A stretch of DNA of 64,000 bases from a candidate division FCPU426 bacterium (GTDB lineage Bacteria > Oederibacteriota > Muellerivitia > Muellerivitales > Muellerivitaceae). Below the pieces are notes generated by a model, which saw nothing but the letters and a program-made list of their open reading frames with translations, ran no database searches and was not told the DNA's origin. Shown piece by piece: positions 1 to 10,059 of this stretch. The position numbers were made by a program, and so were the translations under genes. The stretch's first letter is position 1, and each line of letters opens with the position of its first letter. Location: assembly GCA_963738405.1 (NCBI GenBank), contig CAVTWJ010000020.1:32001-96000 (forward strand), written 5' to 3'.

Positions 1-1
1 G

Positions 2-1273
2 GTAGGGCTTCAACCGGTGGGCAATGCCCGTGGGGCTGTCGCTTTGACGGGAACCCCCAGCGATCTTTACGCGTACGAAGGCCTACCCGATCCGAACTCG
101 CCCTCCCCTATCCTGTGTTTAACCGCCCCTTCCCGCTCAGTGACTTTCGTTTCGGTTTGGGGCGAACCTATCGCGAACGCCACAAGCGTAATGCCTTATT
201 TTAAGAGAATGGATGCTTTTCGTTCGGTTGGGTTTATTGCCGATCCCCGATCGGAGGGCCGATTTTATGTCACGAATCCTCCTAATCACCTCATAGCGGC
301 TTTCCGTGACCTTGAATTTGCCAGTCACTTAAGTGATTGCCAGAATTTCAATTATCCCCAAAAGAAACCCTTTCGAACCTTCAGGATATTTATTGTCGGA
401 AGGTCTTATCCCTGCATTCAAGCCGATTGCAACTACGATGGGAAAGGGACACCCACCACCTCATACAACACGATGACGACATTCCCCGCAAAACTCGAAT
501 TGGAACTAAATACCCAGGCCGCCTTGGATGACGTCCCCGTTCATTTTGAAGTTATGAACGCCCATGTGGTTACGAGTGTGCCCATCTGGACTTGGCCTTA
601 TACCGTCGTGCCCCCGTTCGTCAAGTCGAGAAACATTGATTTGGTCCTTATCACGGTCGATCCGTCCCAGTCCGATCTCGAGGATTTTTATTTAGGGCCT
701 TTCACCCCGGATGGTCGGCCACCTGAAGAGGCGGACCCGGAATTTGTGTTAAAACCGGATTCGGAGAAGTTCGCGAAAGAACCGCTGCATTCATTTTTTG
801 AACTTTGCCGTAATAAGAAACTCCTCACGGTGGCGGAGGATAAAAAATGGACACTGGCGCCGTTTTCACAGTTGATCTCGGATGCTGAAGTTGAAATTAA
901 ATTGATTAGCCTGGTTGGGGCCTCCTTGGGAGGCCTGAAAAAAGAGTTGGATTCAATTTTGACCAGCGCGGGCGTTCCCTGCCGGTTGGGCATCTGCTAT
1001 TTTTTTACACCGGAGATGACTTATTTTCCCACGAAAATCGATAGGCGGTTTTGGCGGGACCTGTGCGCAACTACCGGAATGTCGTTCCTGGATATGACGG
1101 ATATACAGTTAGTAACCCGATTGACTTATTCCCCCTATTCGGACGTTTTTTCAAAAGGGGGGCATTTTAGTACGGATGGCCATGCTTTTTTTGGGCGTTT
1201 GCTGGCTCATGAGTTGATCAGGCAAAATTTGATTCCCTTTAAGAAAAAAGACCAAGATCTACTTCCTAAATGA
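2..1273 (+). CDS. Hypothetical protein, probably 5'-truncated by the window; C-terminal half SGNH/GDSL-hydrolase-like
   Basis: Frame open from the window edge (ORF track starts at GTG 17). IFIVGRSY resembles SGNH block I (GDS) and GGHFSTDGH resembles block V; both are degenerate. Confidence 0.45.
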   Translation, partial: VGLQPVGNARGAVALTGTPSDLYAYEGLPDPNSPSPILCLTAPSRSVTFVSVWGEPIANATSVMPYFKRMDAFRSVGFIADPRSEGRFYVTNPPNHLIAAFRDLEFASHLSDCQNFNYPQKKPFRTFRIFIVGRSYPCIQADCNYDGKGTPTTSYNTMTTFPAKLELELNTQAALDDVPVHFEVMNAHVVTSVPIWTWPYTVVPPFVKSRNIDLVLITVDPSQSDLEDFYLGPFTPDGRPPEEADPEFVLKPDSEKFAKEPLHSFFELCRNKKLLTVAEDKKWTLAPFSQLISDAEVEIKLISLVGASLGGLKKELDSILTSAGVPCRLGICYFFTPEMTYFPTKIDRRFWRDLCATTGMSFLDMTDIQLVTRLTYSPYSDVFSKGGHFSTDGHAFFGRLLAHELIRQNLIPFKKKDQDLLPK

Positions 1274-1337
1274 ACAACCTCGGTTGGGTCTTGGGCCTCT
1301 CCAAGTGGCGCCATGGCTCATGGGAAAAACCTGTTAA

Positions 1338-1364
1338 TAACCGATCAAGTTTAACCGCCGATTT
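1338..1364 (+). promoter_or_regulatory. Possible sigma28-type promoter upstream of cheA
   Basis: TAAC-N15-GCCGATTT versus the consensus TAAA-N15-GCCGATAA; position upstream of a chemotaxis gene fits. Confidence 0.25.
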
Positions 1365-1484
1365 CCCGGCTTTTCCCCTAAAATAAAGCGAAACCGGACT
1401 TTTCTTTTTGGGCCCTTCGTCTTGCCCGAAGCATGATTCCTTAACGGGTCAAAGTCCCGCGTTTCAAACGGGGGAAGCGGAAAA

Positions 1485-3545
1485 TTGAACACTCAGGACT
1501 ATAAAGATTTATTTCTCACCGAAGCCCGCGATTACCTCTCTACCTTGAACAACGCCTTGGTAGCCCTTGAAAAAGATCCTGCCCATTCGGAGGCGGTGAA
1601 GGAAATTTTCCGCGCCGCCCACACCCTTAAGGGCATGTCCGCCACCATGGGGTATACCCCCCTGACGACCCTGACCCATCAGATGGAAAGCGCCATGGAA
1701 CCCGTTCGATCCGGTTTAACCCCCCTTTCCCCCGATTTGGTGGACACCCTTTTTGCCTGTTTGGACCGGCTGGAATCCTGGGTAAAGACCCTCGAGTCGG
1801 GCGAGGAAATAAACGAAGAGTCCATTGGAAATCTAGTGGAGAGGCTTTCTTCCTCGTTGGGGGTTCCGGTTGCCCCCGGGTCGGGCTCGGCACCATCGGT
1901 AACCCTTCCTACCCCCTCTTTTGTTTTTGACGAAAATGAAAAGAGCATCCTGGCCCAGGCTAGGGTCAACGGTTTTTCGATCTTTCGAATCCTTGTCCGA
2001 GTTGAGCCGGGTTGTGTTTTCAAGGAAGTGCGGGCCTTCATGGTTTTGAAAAATCTTAATGACTTGGGGGAGGTGGTCAAGTCTAATCCCCCGGGGACGG
2101 TGGTGGAAAAGGGGGAGTTTGACCGGTCTTTTGAGTTGATCCTGGTCACGGAAAATTCCGCACAAAAGATTCAAGCGGCGGTTCTTTCGGTGGTTGAGGT
2201 GGAGGCCGCGGTGGTAACGCCCTTTGACCCTTCTGCACCCGAAACAGGGGCATCCGTCCTGGCCGCCGAGGCGCAGACACCGAAACCTTCCGAGTTCGGC
2301 GCCCCGGGGGAGGATAAAAACATCGCCTTCCCTACGATTCGTGTCCACACCAGCAAACTGGATAAGCTCATGACCCTGGTGCAGGAGCTGGTGATTTCCA
2401 AGATACGCTTTGAGATGGTGGCCGCCAACGGCGAGGTCAAGGAACTGCGGGAACCTTTAAATCAGCTGCACCATATCACCGACGAGCTTCAAGATGAAAT
2501 TATGAAAGTGCGCCTCATCCCCGTCAAACAGGTCTTTGACCGGTTTCCCCGCATGGTCCGGGATCTGGCGAAGAAACTTGGGAAACAAGTCAATCTTGAG
2601 ATGGACGGCGCGGAGGTTGAGCTGGATCGCACCGTGATTGATGAGATCGGGGAGCCCCTGGTCCATCTCTTGCGAAACGCCGTTGATCACGGCGTCGAGG
2701 ACCCGGAAGAGAGGGCCCGGGACGGTAAAGACCCCTTCGGCACCATACGGCTTCAGGCCAAGAGGGAAAGATCCTCGGTGGTTTTATCTGTCATTGACGA
2801 CGGAAAGGGAATCGACCCCGAAAAGGTGCGCCAGCGGTCGGTGAGCAAGGGGCTCATGACGGCGGAAGAGGCGGGGAAACTTTCCGATGAGGAGGCGGTC
2901 CGGCTCATCAGCCTTCCTGGATTTTCCCTCGCGGAAAGGGCCACCGAGGTTTCAGGGCGCGGGGTGGGCGTGGACGCGGCCAAGGCGAAGGTCGAATCGA
3001 TGGGTGGCAGTTTCCGAATCCAGAGCCGAAAGGGAGTGGGCACCACCTTCTTCCTGCGTTTTCCCCTGACCCTGGCTATCATCAAGGCTCTGCTTATCAA
3101 GGCCGGGGGCGAGACCTTTGCCCTTCCCGTGACGGGAGTTCTGGAGACCTTGGAGATCAACCCTTCCGAAAAACGCAGGCTCCAGTTGCAGGATACCCTA
3201 TTGCTGCGCGATGAGGTGCTGCCCCTCTATCACTTGGCGGAACTGCTCGAGTTAAAAAACTCGCCGCCCCCCCAGGATTTGGAATCGGTGGTAGTTGTTG
3301 AGGTGGGAGAGTCGAAGGTGGGTCTTCTGGTGGACGCCATTGTGAGCCAGAACGAGATCGCCATTAAGCCCCTGGACCGCTTTTTGAAAAAAATCCGGGG
3401 GTTTGCCGGAGCCACGGTTTTAGGGGACGGCCATATCGCCCTCGTGCTGGATGTGAACAGCCTCATTGAGGATTTACGTGAACGCCGTCATCGAGCCGAT
3501 TATTCTCTTCCAGGTAAGGAAAACGCCCATGCTCTTGAATCTTGA
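1485..3545 (+). CDS. cheA: Chemotaxis histidine kinase CheA
   Basis: Hpt IFRAAHTLKGMS, P2-like region, dimerisation domain, HATPase (HLLRNAVDHG, DDGKGID, SGRGVG) and C-terminal CheW-like domain. Confidence 0.96.
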   Translation: MNTQDYKDLFLTEARDYLSTLNNALVALEKDPAHSEAVKEIFRAAHTLKGMSATMGYTPLTTLTHQMESAMEPVRSGLTPLSPDLVDTLFACLDRLESWVKTLESGEEINEESIGNLVERLSSSLGVPVAPGSGSAPSVTLPTPSFVFDENEKSILAQARVNGFSIFRILVRVEPGCVFKEVRAFMVLKNLNDLGEVVKSNPPGTVVEKGEFDRSFELILVTENSAQKIQAAVLSVVEVEAAVVTPFDPSAPETGASVLAAEAQTPKPSEFGAPGEDKNIAFPTIRVHTSKLDKLMTLVQELVISKIRFEMVAANGEVKELREPLNQLHHITDELQDEIMKVRLIPVKQVFDRFPRMVRDLAKKLGKQVNLEMDGAEVELDRTVIDEIGEPLVHLLRNAVDHGVEDPEERARDGKDPFGTIRLQAKRERSSVVLSVIDDGKGIDPEKVRQRSVSKGLMTAEEAGKLSDEEAVRLISLPGFSLAERATEVSGRGVGVDAAKAKVESMGGSFRIQSRKGVGTTFFLRFPLTLAIIKALLIKAGGETFALPVTGVLETLEINPSEKRRLQLQDTLLLRDEVLPLYHLAELLELKNSPPPQDLESVVVVEVGESKVGLLVDAIVSQNEIAIKPLDRFLKKIRGFAGATVLGDGHIALVLDVNSLIEDLRERRHRADYSLPGKENAHALES

Positions 3546-4146
3546 TGATTTGACCCCATCCCAGGTGGATGCCCTAAAGGAGGTCGGCAATATCGGGGCG
3601 GGCCACGGCGCCACGGCCCTTTCCCAAATGCTGGGGAAAAAGATCAAAATTACCGTTCCCCGGGCGACCGTCCTTCCCTTAAGCGAAGTGCCGAATCTAG
3701 TGGGGGACCCCCAAACCCTGGTGGCGGGCCTTTGCCTCGCCATCCTGGGGGACGCGACGGGCAAGATATTCTTGCTCTTTCCCCGCACCTCGGCCCTCCA
3801 CCTGGCCGATTTGCTTTTGAAGCAGGAAGTGGGTACCAGCCAGATCCTTAACGAATTGGGGCATTCCGCCATTAAGGAGGCGGGCAACATCCTCGCGGGG
3901 GCTTACCTGAGCGCCTTGAATGAGTTTTTGGGGATGCTTCTTTTGATGTCCGTTCCCACGCTGGTTTTTGACATGGCCGGGGCGCTCTTGACCACTTTGG
4001 CCCAGGGGATGGAAAAAACCTCCAAAGTCATCGTGATTGAAACCCAATTTTTGGATGATAACGAGGTGGTGGGAGGCTATTTCATCCTTGCGCCCGATCC
4101 CGTTTCACTCCAGGCGATTTTCCAGGCTATCCGGGTCACTAAATAG
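3529..4146 (+). CDS. cheC: Chemotaxis phosphatase CheC
   Basis: Two CheC motifs, DALKEVGNIGAGHGATALS and SAIKEAGNIL; ATG 3529 overlaps the cheA 3' end. Confidence 0.92.
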   Translation: MLLNLDDLTPSQVDALKEVGNIGAGHGATALSQMLGKKIKITVPRATVLPLSEVPNLVGDPQTLVAGLCLAILGDATGKIFLLFPRTSALHLADLLLKQEVGTSQILNELGHSAIKEAGNILAGAYLSALNEFLGMLLLMSVPTLVFDMAGALLTTLAQGMEKTSKVIVIETQFLDDNEVVGGYFILAPDPVSLQAIFQAIRVTK

Positions 4147-4225
4147 GCTGTTGCCCATGTTAAGATAGTTTTGTTTTTTGGCACCCTTATCTAAATGAAT
4201 TCAAATCCCTGAAAGGATTTGTAGG

Positions 4226-5434
4226 ATGAATGAAAACCTTATTTTATTAACCCAAATCAACGAACTTTGTCTTTCTCCCCATCCCACCCCGGCCCATATC
4301 GCCTATGCCTGTTTGAAATGGCGTGAAAAGTACGACTTTGACACGGTATTCATGGCGGTTTCCGGCGCGCCAGAGGAACCTATTACCGCCTTAGCCTTCG
4401 ACGGCAAGGATGAACTGATGGATACGGGACTTTACCGTCTTGGTGTTGAGGAGCGTCTCGCCCTCAGCCGGGGCTCTTACTCTTATAAAACCTATTCGGA
4501 CATTACGGGCAAACCCGTTTTCAACAAATACGGGTCCCTCCGCATGCAAAAACCCAACGGCGGAACTTTTATCGCTGCCTTCCAGCCCCAGGTCCGCTTC
4601 ATCCTCTTTGGCTTGATGCACGAGGTGCCTAAACCCTACCCGGATGATCTGCTCAAGGAAATGGCGGCCCTTTGGAAGGATTGGCAGGAACCCCTCAATA
4701 AATCTTTGGACAAGATATTAGCCTCCGGGTATCCCTCGAGCGCGGTCAAGGCCGAATCGACGCCGCCGTCGAATGAACCGCCCGCCCCCATTCCCGCCGC
4801 GAAGCCCGATGATAAAAAGGCGGAGCATCCAACCGCCCAAATCCATGCCGCGGTTTCGCCTGTTCATCCGGAAACCAGAATCGTCGATCAACCTCTGCCA
4901 GTGAGCGTCCCTTCCGCGGAGGGGCCAATCCCTTCCGTTGAAAATAACGGCAAGCACCGCAGGCCCGTGATGCTGGTCGATGAGGTCACGAGGCTTTTTA
5001 ATAAGAGCTATTTTGAGGAAAGCCTTCTCATTGAGGTGGAGAGGGCTAAAAGATATGGTCGAAGCGTCAGCCTGATGTTCCTTGAGGTCACCCCCTTGGC
5101 GCCTCTGGGCCCTAAGGAAAACGAAGTCGCGACCCAAGTAGCCGAGATATTATCCAACAGCCTCCGCCGGGTGGATGTCATCTGCCGGCTGAGCGCCAAC
5201 CGCTACGGAATCGTCCTGCCCGACACCGCCAACCACACCTACGGCATCATCGGAAAAAGGATTTTTAAGTATTACAAACAACTGATGGGGGACCAGCCGC
5301 CGGTGTTTATCAATTTAAGCGCCTCTACCTATCCCGAGCACGTGGGGAACCACCTGGAATTATATGAGAATGCCGATAAACTTTTAGCGCAGGCCAAGGC
5401 CGCCGGCCCCAACAAAGCCGTTTTGCCGGAATAA
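4226..5434 (+). CDS. Degenerate GGDEF-domain protein with N-terminal GAF-like region and Pro-rich linker
   Basis: DEVTRLFNKSYF...EVERAKRY is the GGDEF N-terminal signature; RRVD I-site present; GGDEF replaced by SANRY. Confidence 0.8.
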   Translation: MNENLILLTQINELCLSPHPTPAHIAYACLKWREKYDFDTVFMAVSGAPEEPITALAFDGKDELMDTGLYRLGVEERLALSRGSYSYKTYSDITGKPVFNKYGSLRMQKPNGGTFIAAFQPQVRFILFGLMHEVPKPYPDDLLKEMAALWKDWQEPLNKSLDKILASGYPSSAVKAESTPPSNEPPAPIPAAKPDDKKAEHPTAQIHAAVSPVHPETRIVDQPLPVSVPSAEGPIPSVENNGKHRRPVMLVDEVTRLFNKSYFEESLLIEVERAKRYGRSVSLMFLEVTPLAPLGPKENEVATQVAEILSNSLRRVDVICRLSANRYGIVLPDTANHTYGIIGKRIFKYYKQLMGDQPPVFINLSASTYPEHVGNHLELYENADKLLAQAKAAGPNKAVLPE

Positions 5435-5436
5435 TC

Positions 5437-6549
5437 ATGGATGACCGCTCCGCCCTCCTTGCCCTCCATTTGACCGGTGTCATTGGACCCCGCCGCCTGA
5501 AATCCGCAAAGGAAGCCTTTCCCCAACTGGAAGATGTTTTTGGGGCGAAAGAAGAACGTCTTTACGAACTTCCCGATTGGACTTTAACCTGCGCGAAAAA
5601 AGTCCTAAGCCTTGAAAATCCCGCCCGGAGGGTTGAACAGGAGATGGAGGAGGCGGACCGGTTTGGCATCCGGGTTTTTGTGGAGGGAGATTCTGATTTT
5701 CCCTCCGTCTTTCAAAACCTCTACGACCCTCCATTTGTTTTGTGGGCCAAAGGCGAACTGTTTAAAGAAGATGAAAATGCCATCGCCATCATCGGCTGCC
5801 GCCGTCCCACCCCCTACGGAAAGCACGCGGCCTTGCATTTGGCGGAAGGCGTGGCAAGGGCGGGCTACCGGGTCGTCTCGGGGCTAGCCCGGGGTATTGA
5901 TTCTCTGGCCCATCGGGGAGCGCTTAAATTTCCCCAGGGAAGAACCTTGGCTTTTTTAGGAAGCGGACTTTTGAATATGTACCCGCCTGAAAACCGGGAA
6001 CTGGCCGAGGAAATCACCCAACGGGGCGCGGTTTTAAGCGAATATCCCCTCCACGCCAAGCCCCTGGCCCTTCACTTTCCCCAGCGAAACCGCCTCATTA
6101 GCGGGGCGTCCCGGGGAGTATTGGTGGTGGAGGCCAATAAGGACAGCGGGTCTTTTATTACCGTGGATCACGCCCTGGAACAGGGCAGGCCCGTATTCGC
6201 GGTGCCGGGTCCCATCGACCATCCCCAATCGGAAGGCACCCATGCCTTGATTCAGCAGGGAGCCCGGCTGGTCACGGGGGTGGAGGATATCTTTCACGAA
6301 CTGGGAGATTTAAGGGCGGAAACCCTTTTTAAATCGGGAGGCGGAAAGGGAAGGGTCCCGCCGAACCGGGAATTGCTTTCAGCGGAGGAACAACTTCTTC
6401 TCGAAAAAATGTCCCACGAGCCTCTGCATGTGGACCAACTGGCCCGTGAAACCCAGTCGGACCTGCGTAAACTCAACGAGCTTTTGCTTTTTTTGGAAAT
6501 GAAGGGCTTTGTCCAGCAGACCCCCGGGCATTGTTATTTCAAGTTATAG
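5437..6549 (+). CDS. dprA: DNA-processing protein DprA/Smf
   Basis: DPPFVLWAKG, VVSGLARGIDSLAH, FPQRNRLISG, VFAVPG and a C-terminal winged-helix region. Confidence 0.96.
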   Translation: MDDRSALLALHLTGVIGPRRLKSAKEAFPQLEDVFGAKEERLYELPDWTLTCAKKVLSLENPARRVEQEMEEADRFGIRVFVEGDSDFPSVFQNLYDPPFVLWAKGELFKEDENAIAIIGCRRPTPYGKHAALHLAEGVARAGYRVVSGLARGIDSLAHRGALKFPQGRTLAFLGSGLLNMYPPENRELAEEITQRGAVLSEYPLHAKPLALHFPQRNRLISGASRGVLVVEANKDSGSFITVDHALEQGRPVFAVPGPIDHPQSEGTHALIQQGARLVTGVEDIFHELGDLRAETLFKSGGGKGRVPPNRELLSAEEQLLLEKMSHEPLHVDQLARETQSDLRKLNELLLFLEMKGFVQQTPGHCYFKL

Positions 6550-6617
6550 TCGAAGATCCCGACTTAAGTGTGTTGATGCCAGAGGGTAAATCCATAAAAA
6601 CAACCTAATGAAAATGC

Positions 6618-8168
6618 TTAGGGTGTTTGTGTTTGGCTAGGTGTGGCCTGCTGGCTTGGTCCGGTTGTTTGAGACTGAGACACCGGGGCTTCTGAGGAAG
6701 TCGATTTATCTTTTTGATCCGGTGAAACCGATTCGTCCGGAGCCTCTTTGGAGGCCGGGCCCTTTTCATGGGGGTTGTCCCATTGGCGGTTGGGATTAAC
6801 CTGGGGAGCCTTTTGGTCGTCGCCTTCCGTGCCGTGCTGGTGCCTTGGGGATTGGTTTTTCGGGGAAGATGCGGTGTCGGGGGTGTTATCGGTTTGGGCC
6901 TGGTTTGGGTTGGCGTTGTTGGTTGCTGCGGGTTCCGATGCTGGCCCAGGCACTTGGTCGGAGCTGGGGTTTTCTTGGTTATGTCCAGCTCTCCGGCGCC
7001 CCCGTGTGAAATCGGAAGAAGACTGCCCTTTATTATTCATATCATGTTGGTTAGGCGATTGAGCCGCAGTCACAGGCGTGACTTCAGGGCGATGGTCCGA
7101 TGGGGGGGCAGTGGTCGGCTGGTTTGGGGCTGAGGGTTGGGGAATCGGCGTGGGAGCGAAGAGATGAGCCGGTGGAGCTTGGGGCATCGGGGTGGGAGTT
7201 GGGATGGGGGCTTGGACTTGAGGCAGGGGTGTGGCGGTCGGGATGATTTTATTCCAGCCGCGCGCCGGGGGATTGCCGCCCTGAGGCGCCGTGGAATTAT
7301 TTTGGGCCGAGGGTTGCCAGATTTGGCCGGCGTTGCGGGGCGGAGGGTAATTGCCTTGCGGGGCTGTGGAGGGGCGGGAAGTGTTCGCGGTCCAGGCGGG
7401 CGGCTGATTCCAGCTTGAAACATAAGGGTTGGGTTGTTGGTTCATTTGGGTATCCCAGCTGTCATAGTGGTCTCGGTTCCAATCGCTATGGGCGTGTCGG
7501 GCCCTGAAATCCATATAGCGGTAGTTGTCGTCGATCATCCGGCGTAGGTCGTAGATCTGGTCCGCGGTCAAATAGAGCCTGCTGTTTTGACGGTAATCGT
7601 CCATTTCCATATTCCGCACGATCTGGAGGCGTTCGTTGATGTCCTGCGCCTGATCGGGGGACCATTTACCGGACTCCACGGCTTGATCCAAGCGGGCCTG
7701 CTGCCGGCGGATGTGGATATCCAAGTAGCATTGGCTGAGGCTTTCGTTAGATCCCTCGAATTTTGAATCCCATTTGTTTTGGAAGGTTTGCGACCATTGG
7801 GTGTTGTTAGAAACAGCATCCCTGATCATGCCGGCGTTATCCCTCAACATGGCGGTGAGGATGGTGGTTTGGCCGGGATTGAGGTCTTGGGGCGGGTTGA
7901 CGGCGTTTTGATCCTGTTGGGCCAGCCATTGGATCCTCAAGTCGTTGTCCTTCAACACGGCGGCCATGTCCGCATTCAAGATGTTGTTTTGCCAGTCGGT
8001 ATTAATCGTGTTGATCTGGTTTCGAATTTGATTTTGGACCCATTGGGCGTTGGGAAAAGCGGAGGGCGTCCGCTGCAACTGCACAAAGGTCACGTTACAG
8101 CCCTGAAGACCAAAGAATGACAAACCGAGTCCCAGCGTGATGGAAAGATTTAAAAGATTTCTGTTCAT
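6618..8168 (-). CDS. Lipoprotein with two helical repeats and a long Pro/Gln/Asn-rich disordered tail
   Basis: Hydrophobic N-terminus ending in lipobox LQGC; low-complexity C-terminal half. Confidence 0.7.
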   Translation of the reverse strand: MNRNLLNLSITLGLGLSFFGLQGCNVTFVQLQRTPSAFPNAQWVQNQIRNQINTINTDWQNNILNADMAAVLKDNDLRIQWLAQQDQNAVNPPQDLNPGQTTILTAMLRDNAGMIRDAVSNNTQWSQTFQNKWDSKFEGSNESLSQCYLDIHIRRQQARLDQAVESGKWSPDQAQDINERLQIVRNMEMDDYRQNSRLYLTADQIYDLRRMIDDNYRYMDFRARHAHSDWNRDHYDSWDTQMNQQPNPYVSSWNQPPAWTANTSRPSTAPQGNYPPPRNAGQIWQPSAQNNSTAPQGGNPPARGWNKIIPTATPLPQVQAPIPTPTPMPQAPPAHLFAPTPIPQPSAPNQPTTAPPSDHRPEVTPVTAAQSPNQHDMNNKGQSSSDFTRGRRRAGHNQENPSSDQVPGPASEPAATNNANPNQAQTDNTPDTASSPKNQSPRHQHGTEGDDQKAPQVNPNRQWDNPHEKGPASKEAPDESVSPDQKDKSTSSEAPVSQSQTTGPSQQATPSQTQTP

Positions 8169-8319
8169 GTGAGATATCCTTGCCGCTTTAAACGTCTAAT
8201 GATTGGACGAACGACGGCGTTTATTTGTTTTCATCAACGGTCTTATTGTAATCAGGCTGGAGGGAGGTATGAAAATTCATTTCTTGAAGCCTTTTCAGGG
8301 GCGCGGGTATGATGCCCCG

Positions 8320-9114
8320 GTGCGTAAATACTTTGCAAAACTACTTCTTTTTATCTGCTTTTTCAGCCCATTAGCGCCCCTTTGGGCGGGAACCGAACTC
8401 AAGGCTTATGTGGAATGTTATGCCGATAAACAGGCCTGGGTGAATTTGCGGGTTTCCATCAGCGACGACCACTTGAAGATCCATTTTAACGGGCCCTGGT
8501 GCCTGGGGGCATTGGTTTACGACCGTGAAACATCTGAAATTACCGTGATGGATGACATCAAGAAAACTGTTTTTACCCTGACCCATGACAACCAAGCGGC
8601 CCTTAAGTTCATGGCCAACTTGGCCTCTGGAAAACTTATCGCGGGGATTGCCGGCTCCACCCCCAGCGCCAAGAAAACTTATGCCATGGTCACAGAAAAC
8701 GCCCGGTCCTTTTTTAATGGGGTTCCGGTATTGAAAGAAAAAGGCGATTCGAAGGGTAATTTTACCTGCGATCTATATGAAACTGATATCGACGGGGTCA
8801 AGGCCCGCGAGGTATGGGTGACGAGTCCAGAGGACGCTGGCATCGGCGGGGAAGACCTCGATACTTTCCGCAGTTTAGTCCACTTAATGGTGGATCTTTG
8901 CGGGGACGAATTATCCCAATTGGGCGCGGACACCACGACCTTTCAACAGGTCCTTTCCTCTTCCGCCCTGCCGGTTTACGCGAACCTTTACGCTAAGGGC
9001 AAGCGTTCCTGCAACTTTCAGATGCTGGGGGTCCGTACCCGTACTTTTGACCCCAACGATTTTGTCCCGCCCGCCAATTACCGCGTCCTGACCTTGTTGG
9101 ATATGATCAAGTAA
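8320..9114 (+). CDS. Secreted hypothetical protein (DUF4412/GLPGLI-like C-terminus); start uncertain (8269 or 8320)
   Basis: Signal peptide ending LWA-G; GNFTCDLYE...EVWVT...DFVPPANY pattern. Confidence 0.55.
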   Translation: MRKYFAKLLLFICFFSPLAPLWAGTELKAYVECYADKQAWVNLRVSISDDHLKIHFNGPWCLGALVYDRETSEITVMDDIKKTVFTLTHDNQAALKFMANLASGKLIAGIAGSTPSAKKTYAMVTENARSFFNGVPVLKEKGDSKGNFTCDLYETDIDGVKAREVWVTSPEDAGIGGEDLDTFRSLVHLMVDLCGDELSQLGADTTTFQQVLSSSALPVYANLYAKGKRSCNFQMLGVRTRTFDPNDFVPPANYRVLTLLDMIK

Positions 9115-9138
9115 GATTCTTGAATCCTCGGGATAAAA

Positions 9139-9843
9139 ATGATGCCCTTTAAATTTTCCCTCTTGTTGCTTTTGGTTTCCGTCCCTTGGCTTTCCGGTTG
9201 CGGGCCCCTCGCCAACCATTACAACGACCTGGGCGCCCAGGCTTTTGGTCTAAAGGACTTATCGGCGGCCCGGGAAAATTTCAAAAAGGCTGTTTGGTTC
9301 GACGGCGGTAATGCAACCTTTCATAACAACCTGGGTTATTGCCTCTACCAGTTAAAAGACTTCAATGGCGCGGAAGGGGAGTTTCAAAAGGCGCTTTTGG
9401 ATTCGCCTTCGGAAAGTTTGATCCGCCAAATCAAAATCAATCAAGTTCTCCTCTATTGCGACGGACCAATCAATAGGTCTCTCGCCAGTAAGGAGTGGGA
9501 CAACAAGGGGATTGGAATTCTTAACGAGCTATTAAAAGAAGACCCGAATAACGCCGAGTTCCATATGCGGTTGGGATTCGCTTATTTCCAGGCCGCCAAT
9601 CCGGGCGGAGGGTTCATCGAACTTGATAAGGCGGTTCAATTGGCCACTCCCGCTGTTGTTGCCGGATACACCCAGGACCCCTTGGCGGGAAGTCTCCTGA
9701 TCCTCCAGCAGATTCAGCAGTTTTATGTCGGTGTCCATTTTTTAAAAAAATCCACTGAGGTGAGTGACAAGATCGCCAAAATACTCAGAATGAGTAAAAG
9801 TCCTCCCAAGGCCGCCAAAACCCGCCCAAAACTACAAAATTAG
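9139..9843 (+). CDS. TPR-repeat lipoprotein
   Basis: Lipobox LSGC; TPR-like FHNNLGYCLYQLKDFNGAEGEFQKAL and DPNNAEFHMRLGFAY. Confidence 0.8.
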   Translation: MMPFKFSLLLLLVSVPWLSGCGPLANHYNDLGAQAFGLKDLSAARENFKKAVWFDGGNATFHNNLGYCLYQLKDFNGAEGEFQKALLDSPSESLIRQIKINQVLLYCDGPINRSLASKEWDNKGIGILNELLKEDPNNAEFHMRLGFAYFQAANPGGGFIELDKAVQLATPAVVAGYTQDPLAGSLLILQQIQQFYVGVHFLKKSTEVSDKIAKILRMSKSPPKAAKTRPKLQN

Positions 9844-9867
9844 CTCCCTTTTCACCATGGAATCGTT

Positions 9868-9896
9868 TTGACTGCCTTCGGTTTAAGCGTTAAAAT
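9868..9896 (+). promoter_or_regulatory. Sigma70-like promoter for the giant surface protein gene
   Basis: TTGACT-N17-TAAAAT. Confidence 0.55.
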
Positions 9897-10059
9897 TCAG
9901 TGCAAAATTAGCCAAAAGGCATTTGTCAATTTCTTGCTTTGAGATCAAACCTTTTGGCGCCGCTTTTTCCGGATGACCCCGGGTCTGAAAGCCGGTCTCT
10001 TTTCCTCAAAAAAAGTAACAAATCGCCGAATCCAATTTCGGTATAGACCCGGGGTTTGA

